Shown here one piece after another: positions 20,310-38,600 of a DNA stretch of 64,000 nucleotides. The first letter of the stretch is position 1. The number at the start of each line of letters is the position of its first letter. Below the pieces are notes generated by a model. It searched no databases. It had not been told where the DNA came from and worked only from the letters and a program-made list of their open reading frames with translations. The DNA is from the human T2T-CHM13v2.0 reference genome, Homo sapiens: NCBI RefSeq assembly GCF_009914755.1, contig NC_060934.1; one strand, written 5' to 3'. Both the position numbers and the translations under genes were made by a program.

Positions 20310-20864
20310 CGCTGTGTAGCAAGTCAGCCCCAAGTATAGTGGCTCAAAATAACAATAATTTATGTAGCTCAAGAACCTGCAGCTTGCGTGGATGTAGTTG
20401 GGGGAGGCTTGTGTTTGCTGAATCACCATCCATTGTGGTTGGACTACAGCTGGATTTTCCACCTCCACGGTGGCTCCCTCATGTGGCTGGCTAGCTGCTG
20501 CTGGCTGTCGGCTGGGAGCTCAGTGGGGCTGAGGGCCGGGGCCGTGGATCCTTTCTCTGTAGGCCTCTTTTCATGGGCACCTCCACAGGCTGCTTTGGTT
20601 TCCTCACAGCATGACGTTTGGGTTACAAGAGTTGGTGTCCCAGAGAACCAGGCAGAGCTTCATCACCTTCGGTGACTTTGCCCCTGCAACGTCACTTTTG
20701 CCACATTTGACTTGTGGAGTAAGTCACAGGGGCCGAACCCCATTCAAAGAGAGGGAACATAGACCTCAGTTCTTGATGGGAGTGGTATCAAAATCACATT
20801 GTAAGAAGAGTAGGTGGAATGGAGGACATTGTTGTGGCCATATTTAGAAAATACAATCTGCCAC
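20310..20864 (-). mobile_element. MLT1 (MLT1G/H-like) MaLR LTR
   Basis: Minus-strand start ggtggcagattgtattttctaaatatggccacaac; distal tagtggctcaaaataacaataatttat. Confidence 0.6.
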
Positions 20865-21199
20865 CAGAGCTAACAGGGAGAGTCCAAAGGAGAGAAGAGG
20901 CTGCAAAATGTTTTCCTGGGCTTTGGCTTCAGGATCTCTGCTCTGTCTTGAATGGATTGTTGTTACCACCAGGTGATTAACTGATGGTGGGAAAACTCAC
21001 AGAAAAGGTAGTGTGGTTTGTTCTAAGAGTAGTGAAACTTTTGGAGGGAGAGGTAGCCCAATTAATGGCTTGCTGCCACTCCGTTACAGCTTTGATACAA
21101 TTTGTGGAATTTGTCTTCATTCTGGTCTGGTGCGAGCAAACCGGAGGCTTCTTTCAATTGGAGAAATGGCAGAAGAAGGCCCAAAGAATTTGTGTAGAT

Positions 21200-21318
21200 T
21201 AACGCATGCCTGTAGTCCCAGCTACTCAAGAAGCTGAGGTGGGAGGTTCATTTGAGTTCAAGGCTGCAGTGATTACACCACTGCACTCCAGCCAGGGCAG
21301 CAGAGGGAGACCCTGACT
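21200..21318 (+). mobile_element. Alu monomer (FLAM/FRAM-like)
   Basis: gcatgcctgtagtcccagctactc...cactgcactccagcc. Confidence 0.75.
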
Positions 21319-21357
21319 ATTTTTTTTTTTAATAATTTATGTAGAATATCATGAGTA

Positions 21358-21392
21358 TATGTGTGTGTGTGAATGTGTGTGTGTGTGTGTGT
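21358..21392. repeat. Interrupted (TG)n microsatellite
   Basis: Direct reading. Confidence 0.9.
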
Positions 21393-22229
21393 CTGCATCC
21401 ATGTGTTCCAGAAAGTGAGTGATACCACAGATCAGCTGGAGTGTATAAAGGTCAGGAATTGCTGCAGACTGTAAGCTGTTGGGACCGATTCAACAATGTG
21501 GGAAGATTTGGGCATTGCCCAGACGCTGGGACAGAAAAGTTCAGACCCTAGAGCCCACAGAACAAAAACGATGTTATAGATAGAGCTGTATAGCAGTTTA
21601 TACATGCCTTTGAGCCTGAGGAGGTTTACTGTGGACAGGAAGAAGCTTCAGGTAACAGCTGTTTCCCCTTGTCTCATGGGAAGCTGTGGCTCTAGTAACA
21701 TGGAGATTAGGCAAAATTAAGACCCTTTAAAATTGTTAACTGTTATTTCCATAAACATAACTTTTGTTTTTGCTTTTAAGTGCAGGAGAAAAAGTAATAT
21801 GGAGAAGAATATTGGGTTAGGGAAGTTCATAGCCATGGGAATGATAAATGCCCTGCAAATTAGTAATTATATGGTCTATTTGTTTAAGAAACTGGTACTT
21901 TTTAAACAGTTACTGCGTCTCAGTGGGAAAAATCAGCTTTCAGGGGTGTTAAGTGTATCTGTACATATAAGGGCCCGCCCCTGGTTGAGATGAATGTGTG
22001 AGTATGCTGAGTAAATTTCACTTTAAATATGTGATTTTCCTCTTAGGTCTTAACAACCTGAGAGAGTATGATTCTGTGCTTTTTCAAAGCTGCAAAATCT
22101 CTATGCATGGGCCAAAAAAATTAGAAAATTCAAGCATCATTTCAACATAAAGTAGTATAAGTAGTAGCTTCCTTAGGATCAGGTGCTAAATTACAAACTT
22201 TACCTTTTATTTAATTATACTTGTCAGGC

Positions 22230-23700
22230 AGTCAGACAACAAGTATTTATTGAGAGCTTTCTCTGTTTCAGATGCTAGTTTAGATGTGGGACAGATAGTG
22301 GAAGAATAACCAAGTCTCTACCCTTAAGAAGCTATAGACTAATTTGGTGAGAAAATAAATATGCAAATAAATGCTAACATTTGTATGCATATAAATTAAA
22401 TAATTTAAGAAACTGGTAAATGCTATGAAGAAAACAAAAATTAGTGGCATTATAGAAGCAAACTCAGGCCATCAGGAGCGCCTCTCTGAAGAGTGGCATC
22501 TGAGAAAGAAATAGCCATTGGAAGACCTGACCGAGAAGCATTCCATGGAGAAGATTTTGATGAGATGAATGTGACAGCTTGGAAGGATAGAAATAAGGCC
22601 ACTGGCTGTGGACAATGAACAAGGGAGTGAAGGGAGGGGGAGGATTTTGAAGAGGTAGACAGGGTTGCAGTACCACAGTAACTTTTGGTTGTGTAAAGAG
22701 ATTGGTTTCACTCTAATAACAATTAGGAGCTACTGGAGGGTTTCAGTATGAGGGTGGTGCTATCTTAGAATTTGGAAATGTCATTCTGGATGTGTGTGAA
22801 GAATGGACTGTAAAGAAACAAGTTTGGAATCAGGAGGTTGCTGCCTTAGTCCAGATAAAAGATGCTGGTGGCTGATTCTAGGAAGTAGCAATGGAGATGG
22901 TGAATAGCGATGACTTCTGCTATGCTGTAAAGTTAAACCAGTAGGATTTCCCACATGGTATGGATATGAATTGTGAGGGAAAGAAAGATCAAGGATACCT
23001 ATTAGCTTTTGGGCTCACAGAACTGAGTTTATGGTCATAACATTCTCTGGAAAGACTGGAATGAGGAGGGTGGGTGTGGAAGTTAATGTTTGACTAGGCT
23101 AGTTCAGAGAGATCATTACACATCTAAGTGAAAATGTTGATTTGACATTTGGATATCTGGCTAAAGGTGAAAATTGAGGCTGGAGTAATAGACTTGGGAG
23201 TCAGCAGCCTAGAGATGGGACTTAGACCAATGAGACTGGATGAGATCACCTAGGGAGAGAAGAGAGAAGGAGAAAAGGGAAAATGAAAAGGCCAAGGACA
23301 AACCTCTGGGGATTGTTAACATTTAGAGATGTAGCGGTGGATGGAACTGCAGAAAAACTGAGATGGAGCTGTAATTGAGGTAGGAGGAAATCCAGGTGAG
23401 TGTGGAGTCCTAGGATTCAGGAGAAGAAAGTGTTTGAAGGACTTTATCGTCAGCTTCATCCAATGCTGCTAGAGAAGCCTTATAAAACGAGAACTCAGCA
23501 TAAACTCTTGGGTTTAGTGGTATAAATGGTTTAGGTGACCCTGATAGAAACCATCTCAGTGGAGTGGTGGAGAGATAATAGAAGACGGAAAGTGGATTCA
23601 GTGAGTGTGGAAATTTCTTATGAAGATAAACGGAGAAGCGGGAAAGAGCTGGAAAAGGTTGCATGGTCAAATGGAGTTTTTTTTAAAAGATGGGCAATAT
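22230..23700 (-). mobile_element. L2 (LINE-2) fragment
   Basis: caacaagtatttattgagagc (antisense L2 3' end) followed by purine-rich L2 body, e.g. gagactggatgagatcacctaggg. Confidence 0.7.
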
Positions 23701-24014
23701 TAATGCATGATCTGAAAAGTGGAAGAAGACAGAGAAAGAAAGAGAGAGAGTGAAAGGACGTAGGCATGTAGGTGAGGAGGTGGATTCGAGGATGCAAAGA
23801 TGAAATTATTTTTATTTGATTATATATATTTTCTTTTTCTTTCTCTATTTCGAGGCTAGGTCATTAGGTGAGAGTGGGAACATATGTTACTAGGAAATGA
23901 AATAGTCATGACTGTTGAAGTTGGGTGTTAACTTGAGTCTTGAGGACATAAACCAAAAGTGAGGCCAGTAGCATGGTTGCAGACCTTTTTTTTTTTTTTT
24001 TGAATGATTTAGCT

Positions 24015-24231
24015 CAAGATTTGGCAAATTTCTTCTGTAAAGTGATAGATAGTATTTTAGGCTTTGTGAACCATATAGTTTTCGTCTCACTACTCAATTC
24101 TGCCGTTGTAGCATGAAAGTAGCCATAGACAACACAGAAATTAATAAATGTGTCTGTATTCCAATAAAAACTTTTTATAAAAGCAGGCAGTGTTCCATAT
24201 TTGGTCAAAGGTTATAGCTTGCTGACTCCTG
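24015..24231. mobile_element. MER58-like hAT-Charlie DNA transposon
   Basis: Termini caagatttggcaaa / ttgctgactcctg; 8-bp TSD atttagct (24007-24014) and gtttagct (24232-24239). Confidence 0.75.
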
Positions 24232-24325
24232 GTTTAGCTGCGCGGGTGTGCATGTGAAGGCGGAAGATACGTGGATAGCAATAGTCTTTTCTCCAACTGA
24301 GTATATGGATTGAGAGAGGTGCCAG

Positions 24326-25197
24326 TGAAACGGGGAGGTTCCCTTGTCCTCCTCACAGGGTGTGCGATGGGGATGTGGCTCGCTTCTTCAGTGCCCCGCT
24401 GCTCAAACCTCTAGGGGAGCGTACAGAGGGGCAGGCTGCCGGGCTCCTACCCCATGGCAGTGTCTAGGGGTGAATGTTTACAGCTGAAGCCCCACTGGGC
24501 GTGCATTACAGGGTGCTTTTTTTGGGTTTAGCGTCTGTTGGCGGCTTGTGTTAACCAGCTTAATTAGACCCCCTTCCTTGTCACAAGGACAGAGGGATTT
24601 CTGTATCCCGGGATTTCTTGCCTTGGTGTACCGGAAGAATCGAATCTTCTTGGCTTGGAGAATGAGCTCAAAGTTTTATTCAATAGAAGTAGCTCTCAGC
24701 AGATGCGGAAGCCAGAAGGAGATGGTTTTCCCTTGGAGTCAGGCCGCTCAGTGACCCCGCTCTTCTCTGATGGCTCCGGTCAAACTGTGGTTAGGGTCAA
24801 ACTCTGCATCATTCCACCAGTCGATGGCCTGCCGACATGCCGGTGCCTGTAGGAGTGCTCTTCCGCTGGTGTGCTCTTCACGACCAGCCACTTGTGTCGT
24901 CTTCCGCTGATGTGTTTCTCACGATGTCCCGCTGCTTCTGTCTCTGCCTTGCTAGGGTCTCAGGTTTTCATAGGCCCAGGATGGGGGCGTGGCAGGCCAG
25001 GGTGGTCTTGGAAAATGAAACATTTGGGTGCAAAGGCATAAGTGCCTGTCCTCACCTAGGTCCGTGGAGGTGGAGCTCTAGTCAGGAACCCACCTTTCTC
25101 TACCCAGCAACCCACCTTTCTCTACCCAGCACTTCCCTTCTGCCTTCCCTATCATTTAAAAGGACTATACTCTTCCCTTCCCAGCACTCCCGTATCA
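24326..25197 (-). mobile_element. ERV1 solo LTR (LTR1-family-like), 872 bp
   Basis: TG...CA termini, 4-bp TSD CCAG (24322-24325 and 25198-25201), minus-strand AATAAA near 24675, CpG-rich. Confidence 0.85.
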
Positions 25198-26109
25198 CCA
25201 GGAGATTCGGAGGGCTTACAAAAGATTTCGATAAATGTGCCAGAGGCTTCAAGTAGGGCAAGGAGGAAAATGAACACATAAGGACAATGATTGACAAGGA
25301 TTCCAGGTTTCAACGAGATTAGAGAATGTCAGTAGTGGCAATACCAAATCAGTGAGCCGGAAAGACAGGAGAGGGAGGCAAGATACAGAAGGGTGCATGA
25401 AAGAGAGATTGTTGGAAGGTGGGGTAGTTACTGGTGGCAATAAGGTCTGAAGGGTGTGTAATTGAAATGCTTTGGAAGGGAAGATTAGGTTGTTGATTGG
25501 ATTAGCTATGCGTATTACAAGAATGATAATGTAATTGGTGAGGAAAAGGAAAACAGTGATCCAGGCCCTGTGGAAGAGTGACCATGAGGTCAGCAGATGA
25601 CCATAACCATAAAAGGCAATGAGGGTAAAGTTCAGTGACTTGAACTTCAAAAGAATGGAGGTTTATGAGAGAGGAAAGAGGGTGTTTCAATGGCGAGAAC
25701 GAAGGATCCTGACCCCACCTCCATTCAGAGCATACGAGGTTGTGAAAAGAAAGGTTGCCACTACTGAGAGAGCTGCAGGTGTGCACAGTAGACAAATGAG
25801 ATATTTCACTGAATCAAGGAAAGGAAAGTTCAGCCAAAGGCCAAAGCCTGAGAATTTAGTGATGATGGGAGGATGAGTTCCTGTGGTCACAGAGGCTGTT
25901 CCCTAAGCTGGAGGAGCTGTGGCCATTGAGAGTACCTGGTGGTTGAGCACCTTGTGGTAGTGGCCTCTTTCCTCCATACAGGGGGCAGGTGGGTGGGCAG
26001 CGTAGCAGTCAGGAGAACAAGGCAGTTGGCTTCTGGTCAACCATCCCTTCTGTGATGTGTCAAGATAGATTTTTTTCAAAACCTTTTTTTTTGAATGCAC
26101 TTTTAATAG

Positions 26110-26560
26110 ACTTGATTGATGATTGGTTTTAATTGACAAATAATAATTGTCTATATTTATAGGGTATAGGGTAATGTTTTGGTCTATGTATCCACTGTAG
26201 AAAGATTTAATCAAACTAATTAACATATCCACTCTCCACCAACTTATTGTTGGTGGTGAGAATGTCAAAAATGTTTTCTTTTAGCAATTTTGAAATATAT
26301 AGTACATTATTATTAACTGTAGTCCCTGTGCAGACCAATAGCTCACTAAAACTTATTCCTCCAGACTAATTGAAACTTTGTGCCCTTTGAGCAACATCTT
26401 CCTTTACTCTGTTCCTCCTCCCACCCCAGTCCCTGGTGACCACTGCTCTACTCTCTGCTTCTATGAGGTTGGCTTTTTTAGATTTCACATGTAAGTGAGA
26501 TGACGTGATGTTTGTCTTTCTGTGCCTGGACTATTTCATCTCTCATAATTTCCATTTCCT
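26110..26560 (-). mobile_element. L1MA-type 3' end fragment
   Basis: tttagcaattttgaaatata...tttttagatttcacatgtaagtgagat, antisense L1MA 3'UTR. Confidence 0.75.
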
Positions 26561-27849
26561 TTTATTATAGCAAATACAGTGACCAAATTACATCTGTTCT
26601 CAAATTTAAATTGGGATGACTGGAACTTTGTTTAAAACTTATGAAGAAACGAGTTCACATTTAATTAAAATGTGTTTATGTCTCACATTCAGGATAATTA
26701 TATTCCCACTGCATTTCTGGAAGGGGGTTGAAGGATTTCCAGCCTGCAGCAGATTTCCTAGCTTTGGTTTGGGTGAAGTCAGACTAGATGGTGACAGTGA
26801 CACCTGGACAAATGGAGAAAGGTGGCAGGATGGACTTCTCTGGGGGAAATTCTGTGTCTGCACAGCAGAACACAGTCTAGAAATGTCTTTGCACTGAAGT
26901 GAGGGGCATGTGTTAGAGTTTGTCCTCTGGAGGCTGTTTTTTTTTCTTCCATGGGCAGAGCAAGTCTCTGGTAAATCCAGCAGCATAAGATGCCACAAGG
27001 GGAGGGATGCTCAATGACAGGTTACAGCTAAGGGCACTGTGGGAGGCGAGAGCTGGGTTTTGCATTCCCGTAAAGGGGTATATTTTAACTTGACATTTCC
27101 TTTGCCAACAAAAAGGAAAAGAAAGAAGCATAATGCCATATAATAAAATGATATGGGACAATTGGGGAATGGAAATTAGGCCATATTAATAAAATCTTAA
27201 TTTTATAATTACATTATTAAGTGGGGCGATCACCTTACTTGATATTAATTTGGGTGGGGAAGGTTTTTATGGGCAATTATTGTGAAATTTTATATACTCT
27301 TTCGTGGGCTGTGAATGAAGGAATAGTAGAACTTAAAACTGTGAATACAAAGCCACAGGCTCTATTGGGAACACCTGCTACCAGATTCTGATGGAATTTG
27401 CTGAGAAGTACAGTGTCATTTTGATTCTGTAATTTCCTCTCTGTGTGTATATGTGTGTTTGCTATATTTGGAAAAGACTTCAGAGTTGTACCAAAGGTGA
27501 CTGAGAACCAATGTAAATAATTTCAGGGAGTATCTGAAGGCACTGGAATGCAGCAATGCTTCTAGAACTGCAGAGGTAAGCAGGCTGTTCTGCATCCCCC
27601 TGGGTGCCACATCAATAGCACCATCTTCATGGAAGAAAAATAATTTCCATTTAAAATTGTAAGTGACACTAGTGATCAGTTTCCTGCAAAGAGCAGGGAT
27701 CAATAAATGGATTCTAAGCAATTATCAGATTCTAATTATTTTGTATTTCAAAAGATGCCAGAAATCTCTAGGAAAATGTTGAGATTTTTAGGAAAAATGT
27801 TGGAATAAAAGGCTAGGAATGCAGAAGTAAGTAGCAAAGGATTGAGGCA

Positions 27850-29500
27850 TTAACTCATCCAATACTTAATATTTTTAAATGAATTTCTTATTCTTATGCT
27901 TGTGTCATGCATTATTCCAGGAGTTGAGGGCAACGTAGTGATAAAAACAGAAATCTCTACCCTCATGGAGCTTACATTGTAGTGGATAGAGACAGATTGT
28001 AAAAAAATATATAAAGAAGAAAAACACAGATTGGGTAGATAAGAGCTAGGGAGAAAAATGAAGCTGGAAACATGGATACTGAATGGTGTGTGCAAGGAGT
28101 CAGTTTTCAATAGGGTGGCAAGGAAAAGCTGTTCTAGGAAATAGGATTTGAGCAAGGATTTCACAATGCAAGGGAGTAAGTGATATTTAAGAATAGATGG
28201 TCCAGGCAGAGAGAATAGAGATTGCAAAAGCTGTGACTCTGAAGCATGCTGTGTGCCTCTGCAGACCAGCAAGGGGACACTGTGGTTGGGTGGAGTGAGG
28301 TGGGAGTAGTAAGAGATGAGGACAGAAAGTGAAGTGTGGGAGCAGCATGTGCTGAGCCTTGTGCCTTGCAAGTCATTGTAAAACATGCATGGCTTCTCTA
28401 ACTCAGATGGAGTGGCTTAAGCTGACTTTTCTTTTAACAGGTTTATTCTGGATAAAATAATTGCAATTAGATTGTAAGCCATCAGGAGTGCAAGTAAGAA
28501 GATCAATTAAGGGGCCATGGAAAGTTCCAGGTGAGAAATGATAGTTGCTTTGGACTAGGGTGGTAACAATGGAGATGGGCAAAGGGATAATATTCTGGGT
28601 ATATTTTTGAGGAGATCTATGAGCATTTGCTGACAGATTGAGATGAGAAGTGAGAGAGGCAGAGAAATTAAAGATGAGGCTAAACTTTTGGGTCTGAACA
28701 ACTGGAAGGGTGGAACTGCCATTCATTGACCTAGAGAAGACTGGAAAGTTGTGGGTGGTAGGGAAGGTCAGGACTTCAGCTTTTTTACCTGCTGCATTTG
28801 AGCTGCCTGTTGGGCATGCAAGTAGAGAGGTCTTGTGGCAATCAAATATAAAAGTCTTGAAGTCATAGAAGAGATCAAGGCTGGAGCTCTAAATATGAGT
28901 GTTAGCAGCATAATAATAGTATCTAAACCCATGACATGGAATGAGAACACTAAAGGAATGTGTGTAGATGTTTTTTTAAAGGTCAAGTAAAATGCTGAGA
29001 ATTGGCGATTGGTTTTAGCAACCTAGAGGTCACCAGTGAGTTTGACAAGAGTGGTGGGGATGGTAGAACTGATTGGAGAGGGTCCAAAAGAAAATCAAAG
29101 GAGAGAAATTTGAAACAGCAAGCAAATAAAATTATTTTTTTAACTGTATATTAAAGGGTGAGCAGAGAAATAGAGTAGTAGTCGGAGGGGGAAGCAGTGT
29201 GAAGAGAACTATTTTATTTTATTTGTTATTTATTTTTTAATATTTAAGAAATGATATCAGGTTTGTGAGTGATCCACTAGAGAGGGAGAAAGTGATGACA
29301 CAGAAGAGAAGGAGAATTGCTGAGCTCCATTAGTGAACAGGTGAGAAGGGCAGTGATCTGGTACATAAGTAAAGGGATTGCCGCTATCTAGCACTTAGAG
29401 CAGTTCATGGTATCAGCAGGGAAGGCTAAGTACTTAGGCCCTGATTCTGGTAGGGCATAGAGATGTTGGCATTTATTCAAGATGACTTCTGATTGCTTCT
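27850..29500 (-). mobile_element. L2 (L2a-like) fragment
   Basis: ctaccctcatggagcttacatt, ggatatattttga-like and tgaacaactggaagg L2 motifs. Confidence 0.75.
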
Positions 29501-29794
29501 ATTTAATTCAGGAAGTTTGGGTGCAGAAAGTGTGAAGGTGGCTAAATCTGCAGATATTTATTCTCTACCAATGAGCTTGGGGCTGGACTGGATGTGATCT
29601 GAGATGCTTGGGGGATAGCTTCAAGTGCAGTGGGTGGGATTGGGCCAGTGTCCTTCTATGATGTTTCCTTATGCCCCAACACTACCTTGTCCCCTGCCAC
29701 CAGGATCCAATTATTGATGTGAGGCCCTGAATTTTGTCTGAATTATTCCTGATTTGTATATTCCATCATTCTAAAAGAATAGACAGAAATAGTG

Positions 29795-29880
29795 TTTATA
29801 TATATTATATATATATATATAACATTTATATATAACCTATATATAACATTTATGTATAACATATATATATTTATATATAT
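29795..29880. repeat. (TA)n-rich simple repeat
   Basis: Direct reading. Confidence 0.9.
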
Positions 29881-30555
29881 TTTCTTTATTCAGTCAACAG
29901 TTGGGGGGACACTTAGGTTGGTTCCATGACTTTGCTGTTGTAAACAGAGCTGCAATAAACATACGAGTGCGGGTGTTTTTTAATATAATAATTTCTTTTC
30001 CTTTGAGTAGATACCAGTCGTGGGATTACTGGGTCAAATGGCAGCCCTATTTCTAGTTCTTTGAGATATCACCATACTATTTTCTATAGAGAATGAACTA
30101 ATTTACATTCCTACCAAAAGTGTATGAACTTACCTTTTTCACTGCATCCATATCAACATCTGATGTTTTTTGACCTTTTAGTAAAAGCCATTCTGACTTG
30201 TATGATATCTCAGTGTGGTTATAAGTTTTATTTCTCTGATTATTAGTGATGTTGAGTATTTTTTCACATGTTTGTTAGTCTTTTGTATTTCTTCTTTTGA
30301 GAAATGTCTATTCATATCATTTGTCTGGTTTTTCATGTGGTCTTTTTTTTATTATACTTTAAGTTTTAGGGTACATGTGCACAATGTGCAGGTTAGTTAC
30401 ATATGTATACATGTGCCATGCTGGTGCGCTGCACACACTAACTCGTCATCTAGCATTAGGTATATCTCCCAATGCTATCCCTCCCCCCTCCCCCCACCCC
30501 ACAACAGGCCCCAGAGTGTGATGTTCCCCTTCCTGTGTGCATGTGTTCTCACTGT

Positions 30556-34557
<4,002 letters not shown>

Positions 34558-34622
34558 ATTATGATGTTAGCTGGTTCTTTTGCTGGTTAGTTGATGCAGT
34601 TTCTTCCTAGTCTCGATGGTCT

Positions 34623-35640
34623 TTACATTTTGGCATGATTTTGCAGTGGCTGGTACCGGTTGTTCCTTTCCATGTTTAGTGCTTCCTTCAGGAGCTCTTT
34701 TAGGGCAGGCCTGGTGGTGACAAAATCTCTCAGCATTTGCTTGTCTGTAAAGCAATTTTTATTTCTCCTTCACTTATGAAGCTTAGTTTGGCTGGATATG
34801 AAATTCTGGGTTGAAAATTCTTTTCTTTAAGAATGTTGAATATTGGCCCCCACTCTCTTCTGGCTTGTAGGGTTTCTGCTGAGAGATCCGCTGTTAGTCT
34901 GATGGGCTTCCCTTTGAGGGTAACCCTACCTTTCTCTCTGGCTTCACTTAACATTTTTTCCTTCATTTCAACTTTGGTGAATCTGACAATTATGTGTGTT
35001 GGAGTTGCTCTTCTCGAGGAGTATCTTTGTGGCGTTCTCTGTATTTCCTGAATCTGAACGTTGGCCTGCCTTGCTAGATTGGGGAAGTTCTCCTGGATAA
35101 TATCCTGCAGAGTGTTTTCCAACTTGGTTCCATTCTCCCCATCACTTTCAGGTACACCAGTCAGACGTAGATTTGGTCTTTTCACATAGTCCCATATTTC
35201 TTGGAGGCTTTGCTCATTTCTTTTTATTCTTTTTTCTCTAAACTTCCCTTCTTGCTTCATTTCATTCATTTCATCTTCCATTGCTGATACCCTTTCTTCC
35301 AGTTGATTGCATCGGCTCCTGAGGCTTCTGCATTCTTCACGTAGTTCTCGATCCTTGGTTTTCAGCTCCATCAGCTCCTTTAAGCACTTCTCTATATTGG
35401 TTATTCTAGTTATACATTCGTCTAAATTTTTTTCCAAGTTTCAACTTCTTTGCCTTTGGTTTGAATGTCCTCCCGTAGCTCAGAGTAATTTGATCGTCCG
35501 AAGCCTTCTTCTCTCAGCTCGTCAAAGTCATTCTCCATCCAGCTTTGTTCCGTTGCTGGTGAGGAACTGCGTTCCTTTGGAGGAGGAGAGGCACTCTGCT
35601 TTTTAGCGTTTCCAGTTTTTCTGCTCTGTTTTTTCCCCAT
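34623..35640 (-). pseudogene. ORF1: L1 ORF1, frameshifted
   Basis: Split into 35422-35640 and 34730-35437, with a further frameshift near 34755. Confidence 0.9.
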
Positions 35641-38600
35641 CTTTGTGGTTTTGTCTACTTTTGGTCTTTGATGATGGTGATGTACAGATGGGTTTTTGGT
35701 GTGGATGTCCTTTCTGTTTGTTAGTTTTCCTTCTAACAGACAGCACCCTCAGCGGCAGGTCTGTTGGAGTACCTGGCCGTGTGAGGTGTCAGTGTGCCCC
35801 TGCTGGGGGGTGCCTCCCCGTTAGGCTGCTCAGGGGTCAGCGGTCAGGGAATCACTTGAGGAGGCAGTCTGTCCGTTCTCAGATCTCCAGCTGCGTGCTG
35901 GGAGAACCACTGCTCTCTTCAAAGCTGTCAGACAGGGACATTTAAGTCTGCAGAGGTTACTGGTGTCTTTTTGTTTTTCTGTGCCCTGCCCCCAGAGGTG
36001 GAGCCTACAGAGGCAGGCAGGCCTCCTTGAGCTGTGGTGGGCTCCACCCCATTCGAGCTTCCCTGCTGTTTTGTTTACCTAAGCAAGCCTGGGCAATGGT
36101 GGGCACCCCTCCCCTAGCCTCGCTGCCACCTTGCAATTTGATCTCAGACTGCTGTGCTAGCAATCAGTGAGACTCCGTGGGCGTAGGACCCTCTGAGCCA
36201 GGTGCAGGGTATAATCTCCTGGTGCGCTGTATTTTAAGCCCGTCAGAAAAGCGCAGTGTTCAGATGGGAGTGACCCGATTTTCCAGGTGCCGTCTGTCAC
36301 CCCTTTCTTTGACTAGGAAAGGGAACTCCTGACCCCTTGCGCTTCCCGAGTGAGGCAATGCCTCGCCCTGCTTCGGCTCACGCACGGTGTATGCACCCAC
36401 TGACCTGCGCCCACTGTCTGGCACTCCCTAGTGAGATGAACCCGGTACCTCAGACGGAAATGCAGAAATCACCCGTCTTCTGCGTCGCTCATGCTGGGAG
36501 CTGTAGACAGGAGCTGTTCCTATTCGGCCATCTTGGCTCCTCCTCCAAACTCATGTGGTCATTTGTTTTTTCTTGTTGAGTTGTTTGAGTTCTTATAGAT
36601 TCTGGATGTTACTCCTTTGCCAGAGGGATACTTTGTAAATATTGTCTCCCATTCCGTAGGTCATTTGTTTATTCTGTTGTTTATGTCTTTTGCTGTGCAG
36701 AAGCGTTTTAGTTTAATTAGTCTTGTTTACCTATTTTTGGTTTTGTTGTATTTGTTTTTGGGGTCTTCATCATAAATTCTTTGCCTAGATTGATATCTGG
36801 AAGAGTTTTTCCTAGGTTTTGTTCTAGAATTTTTATAGTTGCAGGTCTTACATTTAGGTCTTTAATCCATCCTGAGTTAATTCTCATATATGATGAGAGA
36901 TAGGGGTCCAGTTTCATTTTTCTGCATATAGCTAGTCAGTTATCCCACACCAATTTATTGAATACAGTGTCGTTTCCCCATTGTTTATTTTTGTCCATTT
37001 TATTAGAAGATCAATTGATTGTAAGTATGCAGCTTTATTACTGGGGTCTTTATTTTGTTCCATTGATCTATGTGTATATTTTTGCACCAGTAACTTGCTG
37101 TTTTAGTTACTATAGTCTTGTGTTATAATTTGAAGTCAGGCAATGTGATGCCTCCAGATTTGTTCTTTATGCCTTTAAGTGCTTTGGATATTTGGGCTTT
37201 TTATTGGTTCCATAACAACTTTAGGATTTTTTTCTAATTCTGTATGAAAAGACTGGTAATTTGATAGGAATAGCATTTAATCTGTAGATCACTTTGGGCA
37301 GTATGACCATTTTAACAATATTGATTCTTCCAATCTATGACAATGAGATGTTTTCCCATTTGTTTGTGTCATCTATGATTTATTTCTTTCTCTTGTCTCA
37401 TTTCTCTGGCTAGGACTTCCAGTACTATGAGTATTGAAGTAGTGAGAGTGGACATTTCTCTTGTTCCTGTTCTTAGGGGAAATGTTTTCACTTTTTTTTT
37501 TCATTCAGCCTGATGTTGGTTGTGGATTTGTCATATATGGGTCTTATTATTTGAGGTATGTTCCTGTGATGCCTAGTTTGTTGAGGGTTTTTATGATGAA
37601 GGGATGTTGGATTTTGTTGAATGGTTTTTTTTTCATCTATTGAGATGATCATGTGATTTTTGTTCTTAGTTCTGTCTGCGTAGCAGATCGTTAATTTGCA
37701 CATGCAGAACCATCCTTGTATCCCTGGAATTAAGCACACTTGATTATGGAGAATTATCTTTTTGATATGCTGTTGGATTCAGTTTGCTAGTATTTTGCTG
37801 AGGATTTTTGCATCTGTGTTCATTAGGCATACTGGCTTGTTGTTTTCTTTTTTTGTTGTGTTCTTGCCAGATTTTGGTATCAGGGTGTCACTGGGTAGAA
37901 AGATTTAGGGAGGAATCCATCCTGTTTGATTTGTTGGAATACTTTCAGTAAGATTGGTGCCAGCTGTTCTTTGTATATCTGGTAAAATTTTGGCTGTGAA
38001 TCCATCTGGTCCTGGGATTTTTAAGGGGGATTTAAAAAAATTAATGATTTAATTTCATTATTTATTATTGGTCTGTTCAGGACTTTTGTTTTTTCCTGGT
38101 TCCATCTTGGGAAGTTACACGTTTCAAGGATTTTTTTTCACTTCTTCTAGATTTTCTAGTTTTTGAGTATAGAGGTGTTCATAATAGTCTCTGATGATCT
38201 GTGTTTTTCTGGTGTCAGTTGTGATGTCATCTTTATCATTCCTGATTGTACTTATTTAAATTGTTCCTTTTTTTTTTTTTTTGAGAGGGATTAGTCTAGC
38301 TAGTGGTCTGTCAATTTTGCCTATTCTTTGGAAGAACCAATATTTCATTTTGTTAATTCTTTATATCATTTTTTTGTTTCAATTTCATTTAGCTTTGCTC
38401 TGATCTTTGTTATTTATTTTCTTCTGCTACTTTTGGGTTTTGTTCTTGTTTTTCTACTTCTTTAGGTGTGATTGTTAATTTGAGATTTTTCTGTCTTTTT
38501 GGTGTAGGCATTTAATGCCATAAACTTTCCTCTTAGCATTTTTTTTTGCTGAATACCAGAGGTTTTAGCATGTTGCATCTCTATTTTCACTCATTTCAAA

